In this document: positions 29,362 to 39,303 of the stretch, in pieces
How the letters are laid out: every line of letters begins with the position of its first letter
Numbering within the stretch: position 1 is the first letter of the stretch
NCBI GenBank assembly: GCA_018897195.1
Contig: JAHILH010000001.1
Span: forward strand, 412,565-476,564
Direction: 5' to 3'
Length of the DNA: 64,000 bases
DNA from: Patescibacteria group bacterium
Lineage (GTDB): Bacteria > Patescibacteriota > Patescibacteriia > Patescibacteriales > UBA12075
Translations under genes and position numbers: made by a program
The notes under the pieces: model-generated
Databases searched by the model: none
Seen by the model: the letters and a program-made list of their open reading frames with translations, nothing else
What the model was told of the DNA's origin: nothing

Positions 29362-30246
29362 TTACGCATTTTTAATTTTATCCATCAATCCATTTAACTC
29401 CTCATCGCTATAAAAATGAACAACGATCTGTCCACCCTTGCCGCTTCTCTTAATTTCCGCCTTAGCGCTAAAGAATTCTCTAATTGCAAATTCTTTGTCT
29501 TTGTCTAAATAATTAATCTTAACTCTGGCTTGCTTAGTGCCACCCATCTTGCGCACCTCGGTACTAGTATCGCCAACAGTTAATCCAGTGTGTAAAATTT
29601 GGCGAAATAATTTCATTTGCTTAACCTCGCCTTCGATACCAATAATGTATTTCGCATGACCTTCTGTGATTTTACCATCAATCAAGGCTAATTTTATTTC
29701 TTCCGGCAAATTCAAAAAACGTAAAGTATTGGCCACTACCGGTCTGGATTTACCGACTTTCTTAGCCACATCTTCTTGTGTCAACTTAAACTCATCAATC
29801 AGACGACGATAAGACATCGCGCAATCGATTGGATTCAAGTCTTCTCTTTGAATATTTTCAATCAAGGCTAATTCTAGTTTGTCCTGGTCAGCCACATCCT
29901 TGATAACCACGGGCACCTCCTTGAGACCGGCCAATTTTGAAGCACGCAAACGACGCTCACCGGCGATTAATTCATATTTACCGTTCTTCTTGGAGCCAAC
30001 AATCAAGGGTTGAATAATACCATGCTCCCTAATAGACGCTGCTAACTCATCTAGTTTGTAATCAGTGAATTTGTGTCGAGGCTGAAAAACATTGGCAATT
30101 ACCTCATCCGGACTAATCATCAGAACGCCACCATTGTAAGGAACAATCTCGTCATGCTCATCTCGAACAACTAGTGGTTGCTTCGCTGATTTTTGAGGAA
30201 TAAGAGAGCCAAGCCCTCGACCCAATCCTGAGTTTGATATTGCCAT
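29362..30246 (-). CDS. parB: chromosome partitioning protein ParB
   Basis: ParB box LIAGERRLRA and an HTH. Located downstream of parA. Confidence 0.9.
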   Translation of the reverse strand: MAISNSGLGRGLGSLIPQKSAKQPLVVRDEHDEIVPYNGGVLMISPDEVIANVFQPRHKFTDYKLDELAASIREHGIIQPLIVGSKKNGKYELIAGERRLRASKLAGLKEVPVVIKDVADQDKLELALIENIQREDLNPIDCAMSYRRLIDEFKLTQEDVAKKVGKSRPVVANTLRFLNLPEEIKLALIDGKITEGHAKYIIGIEGEVKQMKLFRQILHTGLTVGDTSTEVRKMGGTKQARVKINYLDKDKEFAIREFFSAKAEIKRSGKGGQIVVHFYSDEELNGLMDKIKNA

Positions 30247-30276
30247 ATATATATTTTAAATTATTTAAATAATTAT

Positions 30277-31038
30277 TTATTCAAGCCCAATTAATTCTCG
30301 CGCCAACTTCTCATAAGCCCTACCCCCCTTAGAGTTTGAGTCATAATGCAAAATTGAGCGACCAAAACTTGGCGCCTCGGCTAAGCGGACACTGCGCGGA
30401 ATTACTGTGCGAAAAACACGATTAGGAAAATATTGATAAAGCTCTTTCATAACAGAACTAGATAAACGGTTACGACTATCAAACATAGTAATCACAGCCC
30501 CCATGATGCCCAACTCGGGTTTTAAACCGCCCTGAACCAAACCGATTGTTTCCAATAATTGACTAAGTCCTTCAAGGGCATAATATTCACTTTGAATCGG
30601 AATCAAAACCTCATCCGCAGCCACCAAACTATTCACGGTCAAAAGACCTAGTGATGGTGGTCCATCAATAATTACATAATCATATTCATCCTTAATTTCA
30701 TCAAGAATTTTTTTTAAACGAAATTCACGCTCATCCATGCCAACCATTTCAATGCCAGCTCCTGCCAATGATAAAGTTGCAGGCGCAATCATATACCTGT
30801 CTTGAACCGTCCGTTTAATAATATCATAAATCGGTTTATGTCCAATTAAAGCCTCATAAATACCATGTGGCAAACCACGATGATCAATGCCAAGTCCGGA
30901 AGTGGCATTGGCTTGCGGATCTATGTCTACCAAGAGGACATTTTTGCCCAAATGTGCCAAATAAGCCCCCAGATTTACTGCAGTTGTGGTCTTACCGACT
31001 CCCCCTTTTTGATTTACAATTGAAATAATTTTACCCAT
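30277..31038 (-). CDS. parA: chromosome partitioning ATPase ParA/Soj
   Basis: Deviant Walker A NQKGGVGKTTT. Confidence 0.9.
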   Translation of the reverse strand: MGKIISIVNQKGGVGKTTTAVNLGAYLAHLGKNVLLVDIDPQANATSGLGIDHRGLPHGIYEALIGHKPIYDIIKRTVQDRYMIAPATLSLAGAGIEMVGMDEREFRLKKILDEIKDEYDYVIIDGPPSLGLLTVNSLVAADEVLIPIQSEYYALEGLSQLLETIGLVQGGLKPELGIMGAVITMFDSRNRLSSSVMKELYQYFPNRVFRTVIPRSVRLAEAPSFGRSILHYDSNSKGGRAYEKLARELIGLE

Positions 31039-31097
31039 TCTTACAATATTTTATACACAAGTTTATTATAACACTATTATACATTATTTTAAAATCT

Positions 31098-31126
31098 TTG
31101 ACAATTTTTTTAAAATAGTATATATT
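31098..31126 (+). promoter_or_regulatory. candidate promoter TTGACA-17-TATATT upstream of tRNA-Leu
   Basis: TTGACA at 31098-31103 and TATATT at 31121-31126. Confidence 0.45.
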
Positions 31127-31175
31127 AAAAATAATTAAAGCCGATCCGCCATGGCGGATTAGTTTTTTTTAAAAA

Positions 31176-31259
31176 GCCTCGGTGGCGGAACTGGTAGACG
31201 CGCGGGACTCAAAATCCCGTTCCTTTCGGGGAGTGAGAGTTCGATTCTCTCCCGAGGCA
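31176..31259 (+). tRNA. tRNA-Leu (anticodon CAA)
   Basis: Acceptor gcctcgg/ccgaggc, anticodon stem-loop cggga-CTCAAAA-tcccg, a long variable arm, T-arm gagagttcgattctctc. CCA is not encoded. Confidence 0.9.
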
Positions 31260-31262
31260 CAC

Positions 31263-31298
31263 AAAAAAAAGAGTCCTGAGATTTCAGGACTCTTTTTT
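31263..31298. terminator. bidirectional terminator
   Basis: Hairpin gagtcctga/tcaggactc between A8 and T6. Confidence 0.7.
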
Positions 31299-31316
31299 AT
31301 TATTCAATTTTCAGAA

Positions 31317-32375
31317 CTATTTATCCGATGTCATCTTATGGTCAAAAAGATCCCCAATAAAAACACTTACTGCCGTCGCCACCGGAATCGACAAGATTGC
31401 ACCAATAATGCCGGCAACACTAAAACCAATCATCAAAACAGAGATACTAATAATTGGGTTTAAACCAACTACTTTTTGCATTAACTTTGGCACGATAATA
31501 TTATTCTCAGTCAATTGAATGATGTAGTAAAAAATCGCAACCGAAATAGCCAAAACAATACCGCCCTGCGCAAAAGCCAAAAACACAGCCGGAATTGCCG
31601 CAAAAATCGGTCCTAAATACGGAACTGATTCTGTTAAACCCGCAATTAAGGCCAGGACCAAGGCATACTTAACGCCCAACACTGACAGGCCAGCATAAAC
31701 AAAAATAAAAATTATTACTGATAAAATTAATTGACCGCGCAACCACAGACCAATCTTTTTCTGCATCCTATTAATCAGGTGCATAGTATAAACCTGATAT
31801 TTTTGTGGCGCCAATGACCAGACGATTTTCTTAATCGCATTTTCTTCAACCACCATATAAAAAGTAATCACCAGTGTCAAAAGAAAAGTAAATATTCCAC
31901 CCACAAAACCAGAAATGGTTGAAAAGACACCACTCGTCGCATCTTGCACCGAGCCGATAGTGGCAAAATTATCTTTGATATAGGCTATCATGTTGGCAGC
32001 GGAAAGATCCTTGAAGACCGAAACTAAAATGGCCGCTTTTTCACCGATATAAGCTTTAAACTCGCCCGCAAACGGCATATTATTAGACAAGTCGGTAATT
32101 TCATTGACAATCGGCGGAATAATAAGATAAATCGACATTGCAAATACGCCAAAAACAGCCAGATACACCAATAAGACACCAACGCCTCGCGGAATTTTCT
32201 TATGATGCATCCAGTCTACCCAGGGATCAAAGGCTGAGGCTAGAATCAAAGAGATAAACAAAACTGCTAAAATATCCTTAACTAAATACAAAAAATAAAA
32301 TAACACAAAAATCAAAATAACCTTAATTACGGTCATACTTTTGATGTTTATAAAAAGTTGATTTTTTTCGTCCAT
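31317..32375 (-). CDS. AI-2E family (PerM/YdiK-like) transporter
   Basis: 8-TM profile and family-typical length and sequence pattern. Confidence 0.75.
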   Translation of the reverse strand: MDEKNQLFINIKSMTVIKVILIFVLFYFLYLVKDILAVLFISLILASAFDPWVDWMHHKKIPRGVGVLLVYLAVFGVFAMSIYLIIPPIVNEITDLSNNMPFAGEFKAYIGEKAAILVSVFKDLSAANMIAYIKDNFATIGSVQDATSGVFSTISGFVGGIFTFLLTLVITFYMVVEENAIKKIVWSLAPQKYQVYTMHLINRMQKKIGLWLRGQLILSVIIFIFVYAGLSVLGVKYALVLALIAGLTESVPYLGPIFAAIPAVFLAFAQGGIVLAISVAIFYYIIQLTENNIIVPKLMQKVVGLNPIISISVLMIGFSVAGIIGAILSIPVATAVSVFIGDLFDHKMTSDK

Positions 32376-32442
32376 ATTATTATTTTCGGTTGAGCAATCT
32401 TTATATTACCAACCACACAAAAGCCCTGCGGCTTTTTTAATA

Positions 32443-33144
32443 TTAAACTCCTAATTCATTTATGACTACAAATTTTTTGCTCTCTAAAACTTCATACAAA
32501 AATACATCAGTTACTTCGCGACGATATTTAAATTCACGCTCCTCCATGCAAGTATAATTAATTTCTCGATCCAACTCTTTTTCCAAATCCTCAACCAGCT
32601 TTTCAACCTTTGGTTTATTTACTTTTCCGACTAACAGCAAATCAACTTTTGCAGCCTTGTTGCCAACAAAAAAACCAGACATGACCAACAACTTAATACT
32701 ACCGGTTTTTTTCAAGCTATTAATAAAGTCCTCCTCGTATAAAACTTGCGCCTTCATTATTAACGCCTTCAGCTCCTCGAACAAAATGAATTGCCTGTTT
32801 ATCCGAAAAGATTTTTCCACTTTTTTAATTTTAACTGATTCTTCTTTCTCTTTACGTTCCTTGGCCTCTTTTTCTTTTTTCAAATTTTCTCTTTGCATCT
32901 CCTGCACTAACATATTTTCAGGATATAATTCCTCACCAATATCAATAGTTCTTCTTTCGTCATTTTTTTCACCAGACGTCAAAAGGCCAAATTTTTCTAA
33001 ATTCTCAAGCTCCTTTATCACCAAAAGCAATTGCAATCCAAAATCTTTAGCCAACTGCTTGGCAAAAAAACCCTTGTCTGGGCTGGATAAAAATATTTTT
33101 AAAATTTTAACTCTTAAATTTGAACCAAATAATTTTTCTAACAT
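32443..33144 (-). CDS. hypothetical protein with N-terminal winged-helix-like region
   Basis: LRVKILKIFLSSPDKGFFAKQLAKDFG resembles a wHTH. The rest is unassigned. Confidence 0.4.
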   Translation of the reverse strand: MLEKLFGSNLRVKILKIFLSSPDKGFFAKQLAKDFGLQLLLVIKELENLEKFGLLTSGEKNDERRTIDIGEELYPENMLVQEMQRENLKKEKEAKERKEKEESVKIKKVEKSFRINRQFILFEELKALIMKAQVLYEEDFINSLKKTGSIKLLVMSGFFVGNKAAKVDLLLVGKVNKPKVEKLVEDLEKELDREINYTCMEEREFKYRREVTDVFLYEVLESKKFVVINELGV

Positions 33145-33246
33145 AACTAATTTTCTATTATATATTATTTATCCTCCTTGATATTTCTATACCTTTTATA
33201 GTATAATATTATTAGAATTAAGTCAAAATTTTAAATAGGAAAATCG

Positions 33247-35502
33247 ATGTACAACAAAATCGCCCAATTCTCTCTATCCTCCAAAAAAGCAAACAATATT
33301 AACGATATTTTTGTCGCTCAGCCTGATTTTAATATTGAAAAAATTGCCGGAAAACTGTTTATCGTCATGGAAATTGACACTACTTACAAAAATACGCCCA
33401 AAATAATCAATTTCTTAAATAATACGATTAATAGTAATTATTATCAAAATGAAAAAATAATCCTCAGGGAAAAAATAAGCACACTCAAAATAGAGCACAT
33501 TTTTGAGGCCTCTCTTACCAAAACCAACAAACAATTTACCGAATTTCTAGAACGAGAAAAAATAGATTTTGATTTCGACACTATTAATGCCACGGTTGGC
33601 GTTATTCATGAAAATGACATTCATTTTGCCAACACGGGCAAAAACAAAATTCTCCTTGTTTACAAAAATCTCAAAAAAGAAAAAGAAAGCCCACTTATAA
33701 GCGAGGCCAAAAAAGAGGAATATAAAATATCCGAAGTCTCCAAGCACATCATTAGAAGTAAAGATGACGAGGAGAATAATGAAAAATTATTCTCTAATGT
33801 TATTAGTGGTAAAATACCAGCAAGAGGCAATCTCATTGTCTGCAATGAAGCTTTGCCGGAATATTTTTCCAATAAACAACTTATTGACACGGTCGCCACG
33901 CTGCCGCCAGTTCCAGCTGTTACTCAAATCAAAAACTATCTCAGCGCTCTCAATGTGTATACTTCATTTTATGGCATAATTATCAAAAACACTTCTCTTG
34001 ATCCAGAAGAGCCTCGTCCAAGCACTAGATTAATGCCCAATACCAATAACTCGATTAGTCAACTCAATAAAACCGAAAATGAAACGGAGGGCCTCTTGTC
34101 CCCTGGCAACATATTCAGTCAAATAAAATTACCAACCGCGCTTAATCTTTTTTTAAATAGACGAAAATCTAGCTCAAGCGCTAACCACATCTTACTCAAA
34201 GACAAAATCTTTTTCAGAAAGAAAAATTTCACCATCCTTAAAAAATTATGGGACTACGTAAAAAACTTCTTTATCTACACTGGTCATCTTATTACCCATC
34301 TGACTAAAAATTTATTTAACAATGACAAGCCGAAGAAATTAATTAAACAAATTGCCATTTTTTTCAAAGTCCTAAATATTAAGAATAAAATTCTATTAGC
34401 CTTATTCTTCTTTTTTATCGCGCTCTTTGTTTCTAATTCCATCTACCTAAAAACCAAAAATCAAAAACAAGAGGCGCAAATTGATTATAAAATTCTTACC
34501 GCCGAAATCGAACAAAAACAAAATCAAATTGACGCAACCCTTTTATACAACAACGACAACGGCGCCAAAAAACTTTTCTCCGAGCTTGAAGTCCTGATTG
34601 GCCAATTACCGCAAAAGTCACCCGAAGACAACCAAAACTACCTAAAATTTAAAACCAAGATTGATGCACAAATGGAAAAAATTCGCAAAATAACCAAGAT
34701 TGATAAACCAGTGGAGATTGCCAATTTTAGTAAGCTCAACGCCAATGCCCAGACCAAAAATATCACTTTTGTGCCTGATGATAAGCAGGGAATAATTTAT
34801 GGCACTGATCCAATTCAAAAATCGATCTATACTATTAATGTCAAAGAAAATTCAGCCACTATTTTCACACCCAAAGAATCAATTAACATCCTTAATCTTT
34901 TATCCCCCTCCAAAAATGGTGAAAATTTAATTTACTACTTAAATGACAAAAGCATCATCGAGTTTGACCCAGGCAAAAACACACTGAGTGAAATTGCCAT
35001 CGAGGAAAAAGCTTTGGATAATCTCGTCTCCGCCGAGGCCTACGGTGATAAAATGTATTTATTTAATAAAAATGGCGAAATAATCAGATACACCAAAAAA
35101 GGCAAAACCTTTGCCTCGGCCTATCTTTGGAATCAAAACAATACTGCCGATCTCAAAGATGCCATCGGCATTAGCATTGAAGGCAACATCTTTGCTCTCA
35201 GCGCGACTGGTTCCATTATCAAGTTAGCCCGTGGCGAAAAAGTTGATTTCCCCCTTGAACAAATCGATCCTCCGTTTAGCAATCCAACCAAAATCTACGC
35301 TTCGCCAAGTCTTAAATTTCTCTATATCCTCGAACCAAGCCAAAAAAGACTGGCCGTCTTTGACAAGGACGGAAAATTCCTCGCTCAATACAAATTTGAC
35401 TCATTGGAAAATGTTGCAGACTTTGCTATTGATGAAAAAAATAAAAAATTATATCTTCTAAATAATAACTCTGTATTCAGCGCTACTACTAATCATTTTT
35501 AG
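33247..35502 (+). CDS. large hypothetical membrane protein with C-terminal beta-propeller-like repeats
   Basis: 751-aa ORF with a central TM helix. The C-terminus has repeated blades (GEIIRYTKKG, GSIIKLARG, RLAVFDKDGKF). Confidence 0.5.
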   Translation: MYNKIAQFSLSSKKANNINDIFVAQPDFNIEKIAGKLFIVMEIDTTYKNTPKIINFLNNTINSNYYQNEKIILREKISTLKIEHIFEASLTKTNKQFTEFLEREKIDFDFDTINATVGVIHENDIHFANTGKNKILLVYKNLKKEKESPLISEAKKEEYKISEVSKHIIRSKDDEENNEKLFSNVISGKIPARGNLIVCNEALPEYFSNKQLIDTVATLPPVPAVTQIKNYLSALNVYTSFYGIIIKNTSLDPEEPRPSTRLMPNTNNSISQLNKTENETEGLLSPGNIFSQIKLPTALNLFLNRRKSSSSANHILLKDKIFFRKKNFTILKKLWDYVKNFFIYTGHLITHLTKNLFNNDKPKKLIKQIAIFFKVLNIKNKILLALFFFFIALFVSNSIYLKTKNQKQEAQIDYKILTAEIEQKQNQIDATLLYNNDNGAKKLFSELEVLIGQLPQKSPEDNQNYLKFKTKIDAQMEKIRKITKIDKPVEIANFSKLNANAQTKNITFVPDDKQGIIYGTDPIQKSIYTINVKENSATIFTPKESINILNLLSPSKNGENLIYYLNDKSIIEFDPGKNTLSEIAIEEKALDNLVSAEAYGDKMYLFNKNGEIIRYTKKGKTFASAYLWNQNNTADLKDAIGISIEGNIFALSATGSIIKLARGEKVDFPLEQIDPPFSNPTKIYASPSLKFLYILEPSQKRLAVFDKDGKFLAQYKFDSLENVADFAIDEKNKKLYLLNNNSVFSATTNHF

Positions 35503-35564
35503 AAAACACTGTCTTGGATATAAAAAAATACGACTTGCATAAGTCGTATTTTTTATTTTCAAAA

Positions 35565-36332
35565 TTATTTTCTCGCCAATTCAACCGCATTTTGAATGCG
35601 ATAATAATTAATCCCAACATCTGCAATCCATTTATCAACACTTTCCGGACTGTGCCCCGCACAGGTACTGCCACATTTCCAGGAAATCATCTGCTCTGGT
35701 GTTCGCGCGCCTTGTTTTACGATTCTAGCAATCCGATCACCAACCACTTGAATAGCATGATCCGGGTTATCAAAACAAGAATAGCCACTCTTAGTTGTAT
35801 TTTCCCTACCTCTATATCCCCAATAATTAAAACACTCTTTCCCGTCTTTTTTCGGTGAAAATTTTCCAAACTTACTTTCCTTCATGGCAATGCCAACAAT
35901 AAAGGCCGCTGTCGTTTCATCACGATTAGCAATAGCGTCGGTCATTTTTTCCATGGGCGTGCCTTTTATAATTTTACTTATGTTGTTGTGCAAAATCTGA
36001 TTAGCGATTTTTTTCTTCACTGGTTGCATTACAAAAAGTTTACGCGGATTCACTACATTCTTATATAATATCGCTGAACACATTTTTTCTGCATTAACAC
36101 CTTCATTCAATGACAAAGCTGGAAAGAAAGGCACGGACGGATTTATCAAAAACAAAGCAAACAAAGCAGCCAACAAAAGTTTCTTTTTGTTGAACGGTTT
36201 TTTGGGAGCACTAACTAGAGCTACTCTAGCCGCCACCATCTTTTTATGACGTTTTTTCTTCCGAGACTTCTCCGCCTCCTCCAACCTCCTTAATTTGAGT
36301 TTTTTCTTATTAGAATTTGAATCTTTTTTCAT
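35565..36332 (-). CDS. hypothetical secreted/anchored protein
   Basis: Lys-rich N-terminus followed by a TM helix. GIAMKESKFG is weakly reminiscent of lytic-transglycosylase ES motifs. Confidence 0.4.
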   Translation of the reverse strand: MKKDSNSNKKKLKLRRLEEAEKSRKKKRHKKMVAARVALVSAPKKPFNKKKLLLAALFALFLINPSVPFFPALSLNEGVNAEKMCSAILYKNVVNPRKLFVMQPVKKKIANQILHNNISKIIKGTPMEKMTDAIANRDETTAAFIVGIAMKESKFGKFSPKKDGKECFNYWGYRGRENTTKSGYSCFDNPDHAIQVVGDRIARIVKQGARTPEQMISWKCGSTCAGHSPESVDKWIADVGINYYRIQNAVELARK

Positions 36333-36427
36333 TATTTTCGAAAATTTCTAAAACAAAAAGAATAGCCTTCGGCTACTCTAACATAAACGCATCTTAGCAG
36401 TTCAAGCCAAACTTGTCAATGCTAAAC

Positions 36428-36460
36428 AAAAAAATAAGGCTAATTTTAGCCTTATTTTAT
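36428..36460 (-). terminator. terminator, AAGGCTAA..TTAGCCTT family (copy 1)
   Basis: aaaaaaataaggctaattttagccttatttta. Confidence 0.6.
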
Positions 36461-36528
36461 TTGAAGAGCTTGAATTATTCCAGTTATTCTTCACTCATTG
36501 TTATCAAAATGTATCTTGCTACTAAATT

Positions 36529-36951
36529 TTACTTAACCAGTTGTTCCGCATGATCACAAACGCCATTGTTATTAGTATCAGCAAAACCAACACTATCACC
36601 AGCACCCTTGTGCATCGCGCAACCACCGCCGGTGTGACCAGCACCATTATTCATGCCGCAGCCACCGCTACGATTACCACGTCCTTGTCCTAAACCAAGT
36701 TCTGTGCGAATTTTTTGTGCTTCGCCATATTCACCATCAACCATTAATTGGTGCATTTTGTTGAATTGGTCAAAGTTTTTCTCAGTCACCACTTCTGATG
36801 CCCGACCGCCTTTACTGCCCATAGCTTCGCGCCATGCGCCATAATTATTAGACGCAGCGTAAACTACAGTCACAGCTGAAACAGCTAAGATAGCCATGCC
36901 TAAACCGATAAAAAGATGTGTTTTGTTCATATTATTGTTTCGCCACGCCAT
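36529..36951 (-). CDS. small exported Gly/Cys/His/Met-rich protein (putative metal binding)
   Basis: Signal/anchor sequence, then SGGCGMNNGAGHTGGGCAMHKGAG and a CDH motif. Last gene of the ECF sigma operon. Confidence 0.5.
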   Translation of the reverse strand: MAWRNNNMNKTHLFIGLGMAILAVSAVTVVYAASNNYGAWREAMGSKGGRASEVVTEKNFDQFNKMHQLMVDGEYGEAQKIRTELGLGQGRGNRSGGCGMNNGAGHTGGGCAMHKGAGDSVGFADTNNNGVCDHAEQLVK

Positions 36952-37038
36952 AGTTTTGGCGATGGCGGGTATTTAATAAATAAAAGCGAAAGTTAAGCCT
37001 TTCATTCTTATTACGCAAGCCTTATTATTTTTCTTTCA

Positions 37039-37767
37039 CTATTTCATCATTTGACACGCTCCAGCGCTCTCCATTACAGCACAACCACCAGACATCAACC
37101 ACGGACGTACCTCTTGAACAATAAAATTATTTCCATCCATAGTTCCAATTAATTTAACTCTTAAATTAATTTCAGCCCGCAGATCATGTCGCCATAAGGC
37201 TTTACTTGCATCAACTGTCCAAGTCCGTCCATCAAAATCCTGAAAACTAAAATTATTATCATCTTGAATCTTAATTATTTCACCCGCCAATAAGCCTTCA
37301 TTCGGCCGTTGCCACATATCTTTCATATAGGCCTCCCTGTTTTGATATAATGGCGAAGCGCTAAAAAAACTATCCATACGCTGACTAGCACCAAAATAAT
37401 TCAGCGACCCGCCTAGAATTAATCCCAATAATAGTAAACTTAAAGTAATTTTCAAAACTGAATAACGATAGCCACGGCCGATATTACGAAAATCGAATAA
37501 AGCCAAACCACCGCCAATAATAATCACGCTTAATAATAACAATGGCATTCGTCCAAAAAATAAACCAAACCCAAGACGACCGCCATGCACCCATGGACCA
37601 TCAGACCAAAAATACCATAGCAAACCAAGAGCTGAAATTATCAGCAAAATAAACAACCCTAGTCCAATCCACTGTCCACTATCACGCAAACGAAATTGCC
37701 AAATCGGCAAAGGTTTAATCTGTTCTTTTTTAATTTTATTTAAAACTTTGTCTGAAATTGTATTCAT
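37039..37767 (-). CDS. membrane protein, putative anti-sigma/sensor partner
   Basis: Starts 4 nt after the sigma gene. 4-5 TM helices. C-terminal SGGCAVMESAGACQMMK. Confidence 0.45.
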   Translation of the reverse strand: MNTISDKVLNKIKKEQIKPLPIWQFRLRDSGQWIGLGLFILLIISALGLLWYFWSDGPWVHGGRLGFGLFFGRMPLLLLSVIIIGGGLALFDFRNIGRGYRYSVLKITLSLLLLGLILGGSLNYFGASQRMDSFFSASPLYQNREAYMKDMWQRPNEGLLAGEIIKIQDDNNFSFQDFDGRTWTVDASKALWRHDLRAEINLRVKLIGTMDGNNFIVQEVRPWLMSGGCAVMESAGACQMMK

Positions 37768-37771
37768 AATA

Positions 37772-38362
37772 TTAATTTAGTAATTCACCTTCAATAATTT
37801 TCGCAAATTGTTTCTTCGCCCGATTAACCAAGGTTGCAATCGTCCCCATCGGTTTTTTTAAAATATCAGACATTTCGCTATAATCTTTTTCTTCAAAATA
37901 TTTCAAAATCAAAACCTCCCGATATTTAGAATCTAATTGCTCCAAAATAATATTTATTTTCTTTTGCAAAAGCTCTTGATCAATTTGTTTACCTGGGCAA
38001 TTATCGCGTGCCATTTCTTGCCACGGTGCCAAGTCTGATAATTCCACCGTCGGCCGCACGTTAACCTTGCGAAAGGCACTGATAGTCTGATTGTGTGCAA
38101 TCCGGTACAACCAAGAGGAAAATTTCAAATCTTTATTAAAATCATTTAGATGTAAATAGGCATTTAAAAAAACCTCCTGCAAAACATCCTCGGCATCCGT
38201 GGAATTACTACCAAGCCGAACAACATAACGCCGCAAAGCCTCAGTATAACGATTAACCAAACAAGCATAATAATCAGAATTGGCTAAAACAAGCTCAACT
38301 AATGCCTCGTCGGAGTATTTTTGACATTCATTTTCCGTAATCATAATTAAAGTATAGCACAA
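37772..38362 (-). CDS. ECF-type sigma-70 family RNA polymerase sigma factor
   Basis: Region 2 (DAEDVLQEVFLNAY, SWLYRIAHN) and region 4 (REVLILKYFEEKDYSEMSDILKKPMGTIATLVNRA). Confidence 0.8.
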   Translation of the reverse strand: MCYTLIMITENECQKYSDEALVELVLANSDYYACLVNRYTEALRRYVVRLGSNSTDAEDVLQEVFLNAYLHLNDFNKDLKFSSWLYRIAHNQTISAFRKVNVRPTVELSDLAPWQEMARDNCPGKQIDQELLQKKINIILEQLDSKYREVLILKYFEEKDYSEMSDILKKPMGTIATLVNRAKKQFAKIIEGELLN

Positions 38363-38442
38363 TTAGTACGCATGTTAAGCAATTTTTCTTTCAAATTATA
38401 TGTTAATTAATAAACACCCGGATTATATTTTAAATATTCAAC

Positions 38443-38489
38443 TTGACAGATATTTTCATTATGATACTATATCAATAGTCATTGATATA
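38443..38489 (+). promoter_or_regulatory. promoter TTGACA-16-TACTAT overlapped by the palindrome TATATCAAT-AGTC-ATTGATATA (candidate ArsR operator)
   Basis: TTGACA at 38443-38448, TACTAT at 38465-38470, perfect 9-4-9 palindrome at 38468-38489. Confidence 0.5.
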
Positions 38490-38531
38490 CTTTAATCAAA
38501 AAATTGTATTTTATTAATTTAAAAACTCACT

Positions 38532-39299
38532 ATGAAAAGAAAAATTATTCAAATTGATGAAGAACTATGTAACGGCTGTGGTGCTTGTACACACGTCTGC
38601 GCCGAGGCAGCTCTAGAAATCGTTAACGGCAAAGCAAAACTTGTTCGAGATTTTTTTTGCGACGGTATGGGGGCATGTTTAGATGTTTGCCCGGTTGACG
38701 CCTTGAAAGTCGTCGAAAAAGACACAGACGCTTATGACGTAGAAAAAACCGCCGAACATGTGCGCAAGGCTCGCGGCGAGGAAGCGGTAAAAAATGTTCA
38801 CGGTTATCAAGCTGAGGATGAAAAGGAAATTGCGGGAGCGCCGATGGCCTGCGGTTGTTCTGGTTCAATGATGCGTGATTTTTCAGATACTCCCCCACCT
38901 AGTCCTAATAATATTGAACAGACTAGCGCTGTCTCCGAACTAAGGCAATGGCCTGTTCAACTTCACTTAGTCAGCCCGGCGGCTCCTTATTTCAAGGATG
39001 CTGATTTATTGATCTCTGCTGATTGTGTGCCCTTTGCTTATGCGAATTTTCATAATAAATTTCTAAAAAACAAAAAACTCATCATGTTCTGCCCCAAACT
39101 TGATAGCGGGCAAGAAGAGTATGTAGAAAAACTGACTGAATTATTCCAAACACAAAATATCCGTTCCGTAACCTTGGTCCGCATGGAAGTGCCCTGCTGT
39201 GGTGGAGTTGAATATCTTGTCACCGAAGCCATCAAAAGAGCAGGCGTTAATGTAATCATCAAAGACTACACTATCTCTATCAGAGGTGAAGTTGTTTAA
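38532..39299 (+). CDS. 4Fe-4S dicluster-domain protein
   Basis: CNGCGACTHVC and CDGMGACLDVCP ferredoxin motifs. C-terminal LRQWPVQL, ADCVPFA, CPKLD and MEVPCCGG. Confidence 0.75.
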   Translation: MKRKIIQIDEELCNGCGACTHVCAEAALEIVNGKAKLVRDFFCDGMGACLDVCPVDALKVVEKDTDAYDVEKTAEHVRKARGEEAVKNVHGYQAEDEKEIAGAPMACGCSGSMMRDFSDTPPPSPNNIEQTSAVSELRQWPVQLHLVSPAAPYFKDADLLISADCVPFAYANFHNKFLKNKKLIMFCPKLDSGQEEYVEKLTELFQTQNIRSVTLVRMEVPCCGGVEYLVTEAIKRAGVNVIIKDYTISIRGEVV

Positions 39300-39303
39300 A
39301 CTT

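Noticed and set aside
31182-31463. Plus-strand 93-aa ORF starting MAELVDARDSK.
   Set aside because: It is a translation of the tRNA-Leu gene and its terminator running into the antisense of the AI-2E transporter gene.
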